Positions 28,270 to 48,023 of a stretch of 64,000 nt of DNA are shown piece by piece. How positions within the stretch are numbered: position 1 is the stretch's first letter; each line of letters begins with the position of its first letter. The notes under the pieces are model-generated. The model was not told the origin of the DNA, ran no database searches, and saw nothing but the letters and a program-made list of their open reading frames with translations. Position numbers and translations under genes: made by a program. Source of the DNA: the human T2T-CHM13v2.0 reference genome, Homo sapiens; NCBI RefSeq assembly GCF_009914755.1, contig NC_060935.1; one strand, given 5' to 3'.

Positions 28270-28980
28270 CACATTGCTGATGCTCAAATCAAATCTTTCG
28301 AACCACAATGAGACAGCGCCTCCCCCACCCTCCAGGATGAAGATAACCAAGAAGAGAGATGGGAACAGAAGCAGGCAAGGGAGTGGAGCAAGTGGAGCCC
28401 TCATCCGAAGCTGGAGAGGAGGTCCAACGGCGCAGCCACTCTGGAACATGGTTTGTCCCTCCTCCACTGAGGGACACACGACTCCACACGGCCCAGCAGC
28501 TCCACTCCTAGGAATCTACCCGAGAGAAACGAAATCGCGTCCACACAAAAGCCTGTACAAGAATGTCCAAGTGTGTAAAAGCCAAAAAGTGGGAACAACC
28601 CAAATGTCCAGCATGTGATAAACATAATATTGGATTAAAAAGATGCTGTATCATATGGTGCAGTATCACTCAGCCTTTAAAAGGAAGGAATCACTGAATC
28701 ATGCTAAACGTGGTCAAGCCTTGAAAACATGATGCTGAGTGAGAAGATGGACACAAAGGTCATGTATTATACGATTCCATTTATATGAACTGTCCCAGAT
28801 GGGCAAATCCGTAGAGATGAAATGGAGATTTGTGGTCCCCAGGGCCGGAGGTGATTGGTTAGAGGGATTCAGGAGGAGGGAGTGACTTCTAATGGTACAG
28901 GTTTTGGGGGGGAATATAAAAAAAGATTACTCTTCACAAATGTTAATATTGATTTGGGTGATGACTGCGCCACTCTGAAA
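28270..28980 (+). mobile_element. Old L1 (L1M) 3' region
   Basis: cccagcagctccactcctaggaatctaccc...acaacccaaatgtcca...cttgaaaacatgatgctgagtgagaag...gattccatttatatga. Confidence 0.8.
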
Positions 28981-29270
28981 ATACAGCCACGTGCTGCTGT
29001 CAACATTTCAGTCAAGGAGGGACTGTGTATGCAATGGCGGTCCCATAAGATTGCAATGGAGCTGAAAACTTTTTATCACCAAGTGAGGTCACAGCCCCAG
29101 GGACGTCGTAGCTCAATGCATTCCTCACGCGTCTGTGATGCTGCTGGCCTAAACAGACCTCCTGCACTGCCAATCTAATTAAAGTCTAGCACATACAATT
29201 TTGTAGGTACATAGTACTCAATAATAAGAAAAAACTATGTTACTGGTTTATGCATTTACTATATTTTTTA

Positions 29271-29905
<635 letters not shown>

Positions 29906-30241
29906 GTAAACTGTAAAACAGCCTCAGGCAGGTCTTCCAGATGTTCTAGAGGAAGGCACTGTAATCACAGGAGATGCCAGCTCCACGCATGTTACTGCCC
30001 CTGAAGACCTTCCAGTGGGACGAGATGCAGAGGTGAAAGACAATGGTATTGAATATCCTGACCCCGCGTAGGCCAAGGCTAACGTGTGGATTTGTGTCTT
30101 AGTTTTTAACAAAAAAATTAAAAAGTAAAAAAGTCTTTGAATAGAAAAAGGCTTATGGAATAAGGATATATGGAAACAAAATGTTTGTATAGCTGACAAT
30201 GTGTGTTTTAAGCTAAGTATTACTGCAAAAGAGTCAAGAGG

Positions 30242-30549
30242 TTTTTTGTTTGTTTTTTGAGACAGAGTCTCGCTCTGTCGCCCAGGCTGGAGTGCAGTGG
30301 CGCGTTCTTGGCTCACTGCCAACTCTGCCTCCTGGGTTCACACCATTATCCTGCCTCAGCCTCCTGAGTAGCTGGGACTACAGGCACCCGCCACCACGCC
30401 CGGCTAATTTTTTGTATTTTTAGAAGAAAGAGGGTTTCACCGTGTTAGCCAGGATGGTCTCGATCTCCTTACCTTGTGATTCGCCTCCTTACCTTGTGAT
30501 TAGCCTTCCAAAGTGCTGGGATTACAGGCATGAGCCACCATGCCCAGCC
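30242..30549 (-). mobile_element. AluY-like with internal 20-bp tandem duplication
   Basis: cgtgttagccaggatggtctcgatctcc; duplication at 30465-30504. Confidence 0.95.
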
Positions 30550-30640
30550 AAGAGGTATTTTTTTAAAAAAATTAAAAGTTTATAAAATAAAAAAGTTACA
30601 GTAAGCTAAAGTCAATTTATTATTGAAGAAATTCTTCTAA

Positions 30641-30951
30641 TTTTCTTTTTCTTTTTTTTTTTTTTTTTTTGAGATGGAGTTTTGCTCTTCTTGCCCACGC
30701 TGGAGTGCAATGGTGCAACCTTGCCTCACCGCAACCTGCGCCTCCCAGGTTCAAGCGATTCTCCTGCCTCAGCCTCCAAGTAGCTGGGACTACAGGTATG
30801 TGCCACCACGCCCAGCTAATTTTGTATGTTTCGTAGAGACGGGGTTTCTCCTTGTTGGTCAGGCTGGTCTCAAACTCCCGACATCAGGTGATCCACCCGC
30901 CTCAGCCTCCCAAAGTGCTGGAATTACAGGTGTGAGCCCCCGGGACCGGGC
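30641..30951 (-). mobile_element. AluS (Sq/Sp-like)
   Basis: gagttttgctcttcttgccc; full dimer. Confidence 0.93.
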
Positions 30952-31567
30952 TGTTCTATTTTTAAATTGAATCTGTGGTGCCCAGGGATGAGCAGCGTGA
31001 GGGCAGGGTATGGAACCTTCATCGCTACCTTCTCACCACCCAGCTGTCCGCATCAGCACAGAACACCTACACACCCAATCTCCATCAACTCCAAGGTCTC
31101 TCGATGGGAAAGACTCACGTGAAAATCCAATGACCCCTGAACCAGACACAAGTTGCAGTGGCAGCATAAACAGCACTGGGCGTAACTAACTGGGAAGGAA
31201 GCCCCAGACTTGCTGTCCTGCCACTCAACCCAGCCTCGTTCTTCCAGCACTGCTGGAGACTGTGCCTGAATGCCTCCCTCTTCTGCAGCCCCCAGCAGGA
31301 AGGAGTCCCAAGCAGCCTTCTCTGTAGGGCACCCAGAGAGAGTGGCATCTGTGCACCCCACAGGTGGTCAGCATCCTACACAGACATCGCAGAAGAATGT
31401 AACGGAGCTTACCCAAGGCTCTGTGGGCAAGCTTCAGACCACGAGGACACCATCACGTGCAATGTCCCACATACCAGCATTTAGAGAAGCCAGATGAGGA
31501 GAGAGCATTTCTCAGAATCACATCAGAGAAAAGTGGCATGGTTCTAGGCAATGCGCTGAGATCATTT

Positions 31568-31720
31568 AGAACAAGGCCCACAAAATTTTCTGTAAAAGTC
31601 CAGCTGGTAACTACTCTCAACTTTGCAGAGCATGCAGTCTGTCACAACGATTCAACTCTGCCACACACAACGTGGAAAGAGATGAGCACGGCTGGGTGCC
31701 AATAAAACTTTATTCACAAA
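31568..31720 (+). mobile_element. MER58-like hAT MITE, partial
   Basis: ttttctgtaaaagtccagctggtaa...ggctgggtgccaataaaactttattcacaaaa. Confidence 0.7.
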
Positions 31721-31744
31721 AGAGAACCCAGATTGTCAGGAAAT

Positions 31745-33665
<1,921 letters not shown>

Positions 33666-35728
33666 ACAAAATTTCATTTACAAAAACAAGGAATGAGCAG
33701 GATTGGACCCTCACACCACAGTCTGCCAGCTTCTGGTTGGGCACAAGGCAGTGGGTGCCCAGCAGGAGACGGTGGCCGGAGCGCAGGTGCAGAGGACAGG
33801 GTCCTCACCCCAGTCCTTCCCTGGCAAATGCCGCTTGATCCCCTGTTTCCCCACCCAGGAGGGTGCTCTGGAGCATATCCTCTTGGGTCATGTCATTAAT
33901 CATTAGGGGGTGCCTGATTACACCCACAAGTGGAAAATATAATTTGAGACAATAGCAAAGAACACCTCAGGAAAAACCACATCTTCAAATTCATCTAATC
34001 TAGTGTCTTCAACAGTCAATGAGAATTGCAACATTGTCAATTAATTCCGTTACTCCTAAGTGGAACCCTTCTGCCACTAATTATGCGATACCCTGGCTGC
34101 TCACTAAATTACCCCTCGAGGGCAATTTTCCAGTTTTTTTCTGAGCAGCAAGGGGAGGTGATCGGTAGACAAGGTTAGAAACCCAGGATGTCTGCAGGTG
34201 CCTAGGCGCTGGGAGTCTCCACTGTAAAATGACGCTGCAGCCATGGCACGGGGGCGTGAGGTGCCCACAAGACAATGTTCATGATCAATGAATGGGGGTC
34301 TGAGGACATTGGGAGAGCCACTGAGGAGTAGGGTCCCTTGGTGGCTCCTGTTAGGGCGGAACTGGGACACCTGAGGAAGCAGGAGAAGCCGCTGGAGGGT
34401 GAAGCGCCCAGGTGAGCATGGCCGGGTTGGTGATTCTGGCTCACCCTTCCCTGCACCAGGACCAGCACCGCCTGGGCTTCCCAGATCATCGACATCCCCA
34501 AGAGGAAAACCCCACCCACCCCACCCCATCCAGCACCACCATCCTGCCTCCAGCCGAGGGGACTGATCTTCCCAGAAAGCAGCACAGCTCCCCTGTCCCA
34601 AGGTCACCAACTGTGTGGGCTGAAAGTGCCCTGGCCAGAAAAACAAAACTAAAACAAATTCACTCCCAGCCTTCGTGAGTTGCCCAGACAAGTTTTTCCT
34701 TCTCTCCTTCCCATTAATCGCAGCCGCCAGGGTTGCAGGGTTGCAGGGCTGCTGCTCTGGAAGCAAGCGCTCCCCATCACTTGTGAGCCAACGGCAGCTC
34801 CCGAGTGACAAGCAAAGGCTCAACCCAACAGCCTGAGTGTTCCTTTCTTACGAAGCTCCCAGAGGAGCTAAGAAGGGAGTTTCAGGGAGACAGGTCCCAG
34901 CTGTGAACCGAGGCCCAGCTGGCCGGACGCAGGCGCCTTCCAAAGGCAGAAGCGCATGCACGCCATGGTTGTTAGCTCTGCCCCAGCCCCGGGAGAGAGA
35001 ATGAATAAATAGCAAGCCCCAAGTCCAAGCTCCGAGGAAGCCAAAGGCAGCTGACTGCTGACAACATCTTATGGCTCAACCCCGAGCCTGCAGGGACACG
35101 TGCTCCTTCCTGGGTGGACAGGGACTAATGTCCTTCCCTCTCTCAGTCTGCTCCTGCTCTAGGATAAAGGGGTGGACCACCTTCTCCAGCAGGGTCACAC
35201 GTTCTCATATGCATCCTTGTGACACCTTTCGAGGAGGAACTGTGTACTGGGCCAGTGCTTCTGCACAAGGGACAAGTATGCAGCATCGGCCACAGACGAG
35301 GGGGACTGTGGAGGATACAGACCCAGCCCTCAGCCAAGACAGCCAGGGAAGGCAGGAGCACCCTCCACGGAGCCGTGTCACCATCCCTCCATCTGGGAGG
35401 ACACTTGTCCACATCTGGGAGGTGAGTGACAGCAGAGGCTAGAGAGGGAGCTCAGAGATTTGGAGGGACATGCAGGTGCAGAGAAGGGCTTGAACATGGG
35501 GAGGGAGAGAGTCCGACTGCATTTCAGACGGGATTGGTGAGCTGTAGAGCTGGAGACAGGAAAACCAGGCAGGTGAGGCCGCCCAACTGCGATGGTGGCC
35601 AGGACCAGGGTAGTCCTGCATGGGGCCGTGACTCCGACATTCTGCTCCTGCCTGCCGCGTTTAGGACCCCAGGGTGTGCATTCTCATGGGGTGGTGGAAG
35701 GTGAAGCAGAGATAAACGATCAGCACAG

Positions 35729-36061
35729 CAACAGCCTTCCATATGCGTGGCTTCAGTTACCCTGAACTCAACCAACCATGCGCACATTGGAAATATTTTT
35801 TAGTTGCATCTGTACCGAACATGTACAGACATTTTTCTTGTCATTATTCCCTAAACAATACAGTATAGCAAACATTTACATATCATTTACATTGTTTAGG
35901 TATCATACACAATCTGGAGATGTTTTAAAGTATATGAGAGAAAGTACTTAGGTTATATGAAAATACTGCACCATATTAAATCAGGGACTTGAGCATCCAT
36001 GGACTTTTGTATTCATGGGAGGTCCAGGAACCAATCCCCTTTGGATGCCGAGGGATGACTG
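35729..36061. mobile_element. MER2 (Tigger-family MITE)
   Basis: gtaccgaacatgtacagacatttttcttgtcattattccctaaacaatacagtata...ggaaccaatcccc...gagggatgactg followed by ta. Confidence 0.9.
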
Positions 36062-36409
36062 TACGGCCCTTCCACAGTATTAAGATCTCATGGTGCACAC
36101 AATTAGGAAAGTATATCTGACGCAGCTTCTTGGGCAGGCCCGTGCAGCTGAGAGGCCCTTCCCTGCACGGGGCACCACCAGGTACACCCCCATCCACGTG
36201 AAAATGACGGAGAGGAACTGGAAGCGCCTGCACCACTCATCTGTCTGCAGCCACACTGTCTGGGTCTGGCATGGGCACGTTGGTGAGGATAGCTCAGAAG
36301 GATTGAGAAATTGCCCACAGGGCTCTGGACCACACAGATCTGTCTTTATGGTCCCTGGTATACAAGGCCATGCCAGGAGGCAAGGGTCCTATACCAGCAG
36401 GAGCCCAGT

Positions 36410-36540
36410 GTGTGGTCAAGCCAAGCTGGATTCAGCCACTCAATACCCACGTGACCGTGACCAAGTATCTAACTGCTGAGAGCCTGTGTCCTCACTGAAA
36501 ATGGTGGTAATTCCACTTTCTGCATGGAGCTGGTGGTAGT
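36410..36540 (+). mobile_element. MIR fragment
   Basis: ctgagagcctgtgtcctcactgaaaatgg core remnant. Confidence 0.45.
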
Positions 36541-38230
36541 CAGCGTCAACGTTGATAAGATACTTGGCAGACGGGGCCTTTAAGCACATTACAGGTGAGG
36601 TGATACCAGCAAGGCACAGAGGAGGCGCTCAAGAATAGAGCCACTGAGCACCAGCCCACGATCTGCCCTCTTCAGAGCACACAGACCTGGGCTTCACTGC
36701 ACCCTTCCCTGCACGTGGGCATCACGAGGCGCACCCCCGTTCATGTGAAAATGACGGAGAGGAGCTGGAAGCACCTGCACCACTCATCTGTCTGCAGCCA
36801 CCCTGACTGGGTCTAGCCTGGGCACACTGGTGAGGACAGCTCAGAGCACGGTCCAGTAGCCAGAGGCATAGTCCCTTTCATATCTCGCAAGGTCACACAA
36901 GCGGGCCACCAAGGACAATGCCATCCACCCTCTTCCCACCCAAACACAAGCACAGGGCACACAGGGCCTGACAACAAGAAACTTAAAGTCCCTGGCCACA
37001 GTGCAAAGGTGGGGAGGTGGACCAAACCCAGACAGTGGCCACTGGCTTGCAGGTAACAAGGACAGGGGAAAATGTTATAACTCACCAGAGGTGTTGGGAG
37101 ACTGAGCCTCACAGATGGCCTCTTAGAGCAGGAACTGTCTGTATTCTAGAGGGCCAAAGCAGGGTGCCTGGAGAGATTTCCAGACCTGTGGAGAGATAAT
37201 GAGACCGGGGCATGGTCAGACACAGACTGTTGAGAGGCACATGTTAAAACTTCATGTAGATTCTGATATTTCTGTGCTAAAAACCAGGGATCGAACTTCT
37301 GCTTCCGGGCAATTGGAGTAGACACATTTTTCCCTATTCCTCACACAAAGCACAACTAAAACTCAGGATGCTGTATATAAAACAAACCTAACACTCTGCA
37401 AGGTGGAGAGAAGGCAGACCAGCCAGGGACATGGTGTGAGCTCTCTGGGTTTTCTTCTTGCCTCATACATCCCAGACGTGGTGCTGAATAAGCCAGCAAC
37501 CCAGAAAAGCCAACAGGAGCAGGAACAGTACCACAACAAAAGCATATTCTCTTTAGTCGAAAGACTAGGAAAGCGGCAGCTAACAGGGCAATATATTTAG
37601 ACAACAGGTCTACTCCAGCCAGACACTGCAGAAAAATCTGTGGCCTCAGCCCCACCCACAGCAGCAAAGGCCGAGTAGGGAGTCTAGATTTCCACCCTGT
37701 GTGGCTATAATGAAGCACCAAATCCCTGCCAGCGTGGCATCAAATAGAGCAACGGAAGGAGCTAGCACATTCATCCCCACCAGGCAGTAACAAATCCTCC
37801 TTTCACTCCGGCATTAGTATAGGCAGCATGGGGAGCCTGGATTTCTATGGCACCTGTCAGTAATGAGGTGACACCCCTTTCCACCTTCCCTTGTGGAAGT
37901 GGCGTCAGGAAAAGTTAGCTTACAAAAAAAGTTTAACTAAGACTAAAAGTCTCATAACATAATACAAATATGTCCAAGTTTCATTAGAAAATCACCCATC
38001 AAACCAAGGATCAGGAAGATTTCAAACTGAAAAAAAGAAAATCAATGGATGCCAACATGGAGGTGACAGAGATGTCAGGATGATCTGACAAAGAGTTGAA
38101 AGCAACCATGATGAATGCTTCCACGAACAATTAGGAACATGCTAGAAACAGATGAAATAACAGAAAGCCTCACCAGAGCAGTGCCTTTCACCAAAGATAT
38201 AAAAAAGAATCAAGTGAAAATGATAGAACT

Positions 38231-38528
38231 GGCCGGGCACGGTGGCTCATGCCTGTAATCCCGGCACTTTGGGAGGCCGAGGTGTGTGGATCACTCAAGG
38301 TTAGAAGTTGAGACCAGCGTGGCCAACATGGCAAAACTCCATCTCTACTAAAAATACAAAACTTAGCCGGGTTGGTGGTGGGCACCTGTAATCCCAGCTA
38401 CTCAGGAGGCTGAGGCAGGAGAATCACCTGGACCCAGGAGGTAGAGGTTGCAGTGAGCTGAGATCATGCCATGCACTCCAGCCTGGGCAACAAGAGTGAA
38501 ACTCCATCTTACAAAAAAAGAAAAGAAA
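38231..38528 (+). mobile_element. AluS in L1 ORF1
   Basis: TSD gaaaatgatagaact on both sides. Confidence 0.95.
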
Positions 38529-40818
38529 ATGATAGAACTAAAGAATACAGTAACTGTAATAAAAGACTCAGTGGATGGACTCAACAGCAGAATGGAGGGG
38601 ACAGAGGAAATAATCAGTGAACTGGAAGACAGAACAACAGACATTATCCCAACTGAACAATAGAGTGAAACAGACTGAAAATAAATAAACAGAGTCTCAG
38701 GGAGTTATGGGACAATAATAAAATACCTAACTTTAAATGTTTGAAATCCCAGAAGGAGAGAGAAGAGAGGGAGGGTCTGAAAAAGTACTCAAAATGTCCC
38801 AAATTTGCTGAGAGATATAAACCTACAGATTCCAGAAGCTGAACGAATCCCAAATAGGATAAACCCAAGAAAATTCACACCAATATACATCAGAATTAAA
38901 CTTCTGAACACTAAGAAAAAATATTGAAAACATGCAGAGAAACCAATACTTACATTTCTCATCAGAAACTGTGGAGACCAAAAGAAAGTGGCACAGTAAT
39001 TTTCAAGTGATGAAAGAAAAGTATTCTCAATCCATAATTTTATACCAACAAAAATATCCTGTAAGAATGAAAGGAAAATTAAGATAGTCTCAGATGAAAG
39101 GAAACAAAGGAAATTTGCCACTGGCAGACCTATTCTAAAAGAATAGCTAAAAAGAAGCCTTTCTAAATAAAAAAATAATAATAAAAGAAGGAGTTTTGGA
39201 ACATTAGGAAGGAAAAAAGTATGGTAAGCAAAATGTTTGGCAAATATAATAGGCTTTCCTTCTCAAGTTTTATAGATTATATTTGATGGTTGAAGCAAAA
39301 ATTACAACATAATCTATGTGGTTCTAAATATATAGAGCAAATATTTAACAAGTATAAATGGAGAAGGGTAAAGAGACAAAGAAGATTGTATATTTCACTC
39401 AAACTGGTATTACAATAGATGATAAAATTAAGTATACATGATATAATGCCTAGAGCAACCACTTAAAAAGCTATACAAAGAGATATACTCATAAACACTA
39501 CAGATGAATCAAAATGGAACCCTAAAAAATGTTTAAAAATGTTCAAATAACCCACAAGAAGGCAGGAAAAATAGAAACATGAAAACCTGAAATAACAAAT
39601 GTAAGGCCTAATGTATCAATAATTGCATTAAATGTAAATGGTCAAAATATACCAGTTAAAAGACAGAGATTGGCAGAGTAGATTTTAAAAGATACAATTA
39701 AATGAGGTCTATAAAAATTTGCTTCAAATATAATGCCATAGGTAGGATGAAAGTAAAAGGATGGAATAAGATACCTTATACAAACAGAAGTCAAAAGAAA
39801 GCAGTCATGGCTATGTTAATATTAGATAAAGTAGACTTCAGGGCAAAGAAAATACCACAAAGAGAACATTACATAATGTAAGAGAGGACTCCACCAAGAA
39901 GACATAGTTATTCTAAACGTGTACCAAACAACAGAGGAGCAAAATACATGAAGCAAAAATGGATAGAACTGAAGAAAGAAGACATAAATCCACACTTATA
40001 ACTGAATACAACTTTAACAAACCTTTCTCCACAATTGATAGAATAGGACAGGAAAATCAGCAAGGATACAGAACTCAGTAATATACCCAATCAACAAGAT
40101 CAAAGTGATAGTTGTAGAACCTTCCTCCACTGTACTACAGCAGAATTCACATTCTTTTCAAGTGTTCATGAAATTTATAGCATATATTAGAAAAGAAGAA
40201 CAATCTCAAATCAAATTCTAAGTTCCTACCTCAAGAAGCTAGCAAAAGGAGACCCAAACAAACCCAAAGCAAGCAGAAGGAAGAAAATAATAAACATATG
40301 AGTGGGAAAAAATGAACAGGAAACAGAAAAACAACAGAGAAAATCAGTGAAACAATAAGCTGACTCTTTGTAAAAGTCAATGCAATTGACAAAACTCTAG
40401 CAAGACTGACCAAGAAAAAAAAACAACACAAATTACCAATACCAGGAATTAAATAGGAGACACCATTAAAGACCCTGCAGACATGAAAAAGATACTAAGG
40501 GAATACTAAATCAGCTCTACACACATAAATTTGACAATGTAGATGAAATAAAGCAATTATTCAAGAAATACAAACTACTTCACCTTGCCCAATTTGAAAA
40601 AGGTAATTTGAATCATTTCCTACAACTATTAAGGGAAGTGAATTCATAATTTTTAAACTCCAGTTTTTTTGAGAAAAAGAAATCTTTAGACCTAAATGAG
40701 TTCACTGGAGAATTCTATGAAATGCTTAAAGAATAATTAATACTAATTCTACACAATTTCTTCCAGAAAGTAGAATAGGAGAGAACATTTCTTAATTTAT
40801 TTTATGGAGCAACTACTA

Positions 40819-41152
<334 letters not shown>

Positions 41153-41876
41153 TTAATTAATAATTTTTTAAAAAAGAAGATACCTTATACAAACGTAAAT
41201 CAAAGGTCTTCATGAATATAGACACAGAAATCTTTAACAAAGGAGTAACAAATAGAGTTCAGCAATATATCAAAAGAATTATATACCATGACTAAATGGC
41301 ATTTATTCTAGGGATGCCAGGCTGTTTCAATATTTTTTAAAAAAATCAATCAATGTAATCTACTATTATCAACAGAAAAAAAGATCATATCAATCAATGC
41401 AGAAAAAGCATTTAACAAAATTCAGCATCTTTCTTTGAGAAAAACTCTCCCCAAAACAAGATGGGAATTTCCCCCACTTGATAAAGAACATCTGCGAAGA
41501 AACATGAGCCAAGATTCACCAAATAAAAACAAAATGCTTTCCCCATATGATCAGGACCAAGGCAAAGATGCCTGCTCTCACCATTCTTACTCAACATAGA
41601 GCTGGATGTTCTAGCAAGTGTAATATGGCAAAAAAACAAACAAACAAAGATTGGAAAAGAAGGAACAAAATTGTCCCTATTTGCACACAGCATGAAAAAT
41701 CACAAAGAAACAACCATAAAACCCCAAAACCTCCTGGAAATAATAAATGAGTTGAGCAAGGTCACAAGACACCAGATCAACATATTAAAATCAATTGTAT
41801 TCTCTAGCAATAATCATGCAGATAGCAAAATTAAAGATACAATATCACTTATACTTGCTCAAAAAATGAAAGAGTT

Positions 41877-42216
<340 letters not shown>

Positions 42217-42424
42217 TCAGGAACTGTATGCTGAAAGCTATGCAACACTGATGAAAACAAATCAAAGATCTAAAAAAATTGAGAGACATACCCTGTTCAT
42301 GGATTGGAAGACTCAACATAGTCAGAAGGTCAATTTTTCCCAAACTGATGTGCAGGTGATGATGATGAACACAATTCCAGTCAAAATCTCAGCAAAATTT
42401 TTTTGTAGATATGGACAAGATTAT

Positions 42425-42995
<571 letters not shown>

Positions 42996-43910
42996 CTAGG
43001 AAAACTAACAGTTTGCAAACAAAAAAAAAAATGGGAGGAAATCAGTATACTCAGCTTCAAGATTTATTATACAGTATAGTAATCAAAGCTGTGTGGTTCT
43101 GGTGGAGGGACAGGCACATAGCAATAGAACTCAATACAGAGCCCAGAAAAAACCCACACAAATATGCCCAACTGATTGCTGATGAAGGTGCAAAAGCCAC
43201 TCAATGGAGGAAGGACTGTCTTTTCAACAAACGATGCTGGAGCAATTGGACATCCATCAGCAAAACAATGAACATCAACCTAAGGGTCATGCCTTATACA
43301 AAAATTAATTCAAAATGAATCATGAACTTACATGTAAAATACAAAACTACAACTCTTAGAAAAAATGGGAGAAAATCTTCAGGATCTAGAGACAGGAAAT
43401 GAGTTCATAGACCCAATGTAAAAAGCACAATCCACATACAAAAATATTGACAAATAGGTTCTCATCCAAATTAAAAACTTTTGCTCTGAAAGACCTGCTG
43501 AAAGGAGAAAAACACAAACCATAGAGTGGGAGAAAAATGTCTGCAAACCACATATTTAACAAATAATTCGAAATAATATGTGTCTAGAATAAAGAACTCT
43601 CAAAGCTCAACAGTTAAAAAAATGACAATCCACTTAAAAGAGCAAAAGATAGAAAAAGACATTTTTCAAGAGGATATACAGATGGCAATAAGCACATGAA
43701 AGATGTTCAACACACCAGCTATTAAAGAAATGCAAATAAAACAAATATGACCATACACCTATCAAAACAGCTAGAATGAAAAATGGTGACACCAATTGCT
43801 AGTAAGAAAATAAAGAATCACATTGCCGGTGGAAAACCTGGATCTTACACGTTGCTGGTGGAAATACAAAATGGTACAGACATTACAGAAAACAGTGTAG
43901 CAGTTCCTTA

Positions 43911-44291
<381 letters not shown>

Positions 44292-44810
44292 GACAAAGAA
44301 ACCTATACACTAATGTTTATAGCAGCTTTATTCATAATAGCCAAAAACTGCAAACCACCCAGATAGCCTTCAGAAGCTCAATGGTTAAACAAACGGATAC
44401 ATCCACACCATGGAACATTACTCAGCAATAAAAAGGGAAGAACTCTTGATACACAAGACCTGGGTGACTCTCTAGAAAGTTGTGCTGACCAAGGAGGGGA
44501 AAGCCAATCCCAAAAGGCTACTTACTGTGTGATTCCATTTCTGTATAATTACTGAAACGACAAAATTACAGAGATGGAGAACAGATGAGTGGTTACCAGG
44601 GCTTATAGAGCAAGTAGGGGTGGAAGGAAGTGTGTCAGGCCATAAAAGGGCACCATGAGGGGTCCTGGTGTGGACAGCAGCATTTGAATCTCGACCGCGT
44701 CAACATCAGCATCCCGGCCAATACTATCGTACTGACCCAGGACGAGACTATGGGGGTAAACTGGGTATATCTCTGAACTATTTCTTACAACTGCAATCAT
44801 CTTAAAAATA

Positions 44811-45277
44811 TAGTTGGCCCTTAAGCAACACAGGTTTGAACTTCTCAAGTCCTCTTACACGTGGATATTCTCCCACCTCTGCCGCCTCTGAGAAGGCAAG
44901 ACCAACCCCTTCTCCTCCTCCTCCTCTTTCCCCCCTCCTCTCCTCCTCCTCCTCCTCCTCTTCAGCCCACTCAACATGAAGACAATGCAGATGAAACCTT
45001 TACTACGATCCACTTCCACTCAGTGAGGAGTGAATGTATTTTCTCTTCTTTATGATTCTCTTAGTAACATGTTCTTTTCTCTACCTTATTTAAGATAAGG
45101 TTATTTGTTTGTATAACATACAAAACATGTGTTAATGGACTGTTTATGTTATCTGTACGATTTCCAGTAAATAGTAGGCTATCAGTAGTTACATTTTGGG
45201 GGAGTCACAAGTTATACCTGGACTTTTGACTGTGTGGGAGTTGGAACCCAACCTCTCCATTGTTCAAAGGTTAACTG
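44811..45277. mobile_element. Tigger2a/MER28-like element with expanded (CCT)n tract at 44910-44960
   Basis: TIRs tagttggcccttaagcaaca and tgttcaaaggttaactg, TA flanks. Confidence 0.85.
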
Positions 45278-45339
45278 TAAAAATTTTAAGTCTTTTTAAA
45301 AGCACACTGTGGAAAACAAAAGAACAAAACTTTCACACA

Positions 45340-46035
45340 GCTTCAATGAGAGGCAGCAATTTCACTCCTAGGCATACAACTAAAAATAATAAAACATACA
45401 TCCACACAAAAACATGTAGGCCAGCCACAGTGACTCACACCTGTAATCCCAGCACTTTGGGGGGCCGAGGTGGGAGGGTGGCTTGAGCCCATAAGTGTGA
45501 GGCCAGCCTGCAGGTACAGGAGACCCCATCTCTACCAAAAAAAAAAAGTGTATATGAATGTTCACGGCAGCATACCTCATAACAGCCCAAAAGTGGAGGT
45601 AACCCCAACATCCCTAAGCTGAGGAATGCATAAACATCTTGTGGTCCAGCCTTAAAATGGAACGTGATTCAGCCATCAAAAAGAATAAAGGCCTGACCCA
45701 GGCTACAACACGGATGAACCTCGGTAACACGATGCTAAGTGAAAGAAGCCAGTCACAAAGGATCCCATTTTGCACGATTCCATTTACGTAAGATGCTCAG
45801 AATGGGCAAACTCACCAAGACGGGAGACAGATTAGTCGTTGCCAGGGGCTGGGAAGAGGAGGGAAGATCAGAGTGGGGAGCAATGCTGATGGTTTTGGCG
45901 TCTTTATTGGGGGAATAAACATGTTCCTAAATCGACTCCGATGGTTGCACAATCTCCCTAATTTACTAAAAAACACGGCACTGCAGGTTTTCAAAGGGTG
46001 AATCACAATGTTATGTAAATTATATCTCAACAAAT
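45340..46035 (+). mobile_element. L1MB/ME 3' end with FLAM (45419-45548)
   Basis: cagcaatttcactcctagg...gatgctaagtgaaagaagccagtcacaaagg...ttatgtaaattatatctcaa. Confidence 0.85.
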
Positions 46036-46154
46036 TCTCTAAGAAATCCGCAACTGGGTTCTAGGAAATTTTAACGGCATCTGTTAAAGGGGGATGCTCC
46101 TTCCCCCAGTAGCGAATAACTGAATTACTGAACTATTTAAAATGTTGGCCTGCA

Positions 46155-46803
<649 letters not shown>

Positions 46804-47434
46804 TTAGCCTGCAGATGCACCTCTATTTTTGGAGGTGCTCATCACTCTTACAGAGGTGGAAACCATCATTGTGAGGAGTTCTGAAACAGCTCTGGGACCC
46901 ACAGGAAATGCCCCCCGCCCCAGACTGGTCCTCCACGTGCTGGACTCCGAGTCGGGGGGCCTGTCTGTAGGCAGCCAGACCCAGCCTGCCCGAGCCTCGG
47001 TCCCCTTTTCTGGAAGGTGCCACAAAGCAGGGGCCTGGTCTCTGGAGCAGCCCACCTTGCCTGACCCCAGCCCCTTCCATGCCTTCCCCACTGCCCGCAT
47101 TCGAGCTAAGTCTGCGTCCTCTTCTGTCAAGGAGGGATGAGTGACCACACTCATTCCAGAGTCCCGGGCACTGGAGGAGCATGGCCGGGTGGTCCTGCTG
47201 CCCCACAGGCACCCCATGAACGGAGGGAGGAAATGTCACACCCTCCCCCTCTAATATTCGAAACATGTATACAAATGTTCACAACAGCACATTTTACAAC
47301 AGCCAAAACCCAGAAAGAACAAAACACCCACCCACACACAATGGAGACACGAAACATGAGCTACCGTACAACGGAGTATCTCCAGCCATAAAAAGGAAGG
47401 AGGCACTGATCCACGCTACAACACGAATCATCCT

Positions 47435-48023
<589 letters not shown>

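Noticed and set aside
34104-34823. Longest ORFs in the track (239 aa here; also 20240-20938, 49215-49916, 60697-61284)
   Set aside because: No recognisable domain, mostly non-ATG starts, composition typical of GC-rich non-coding DNA; 49215-49916 runs through LTR, MER58 and Alu sequence.
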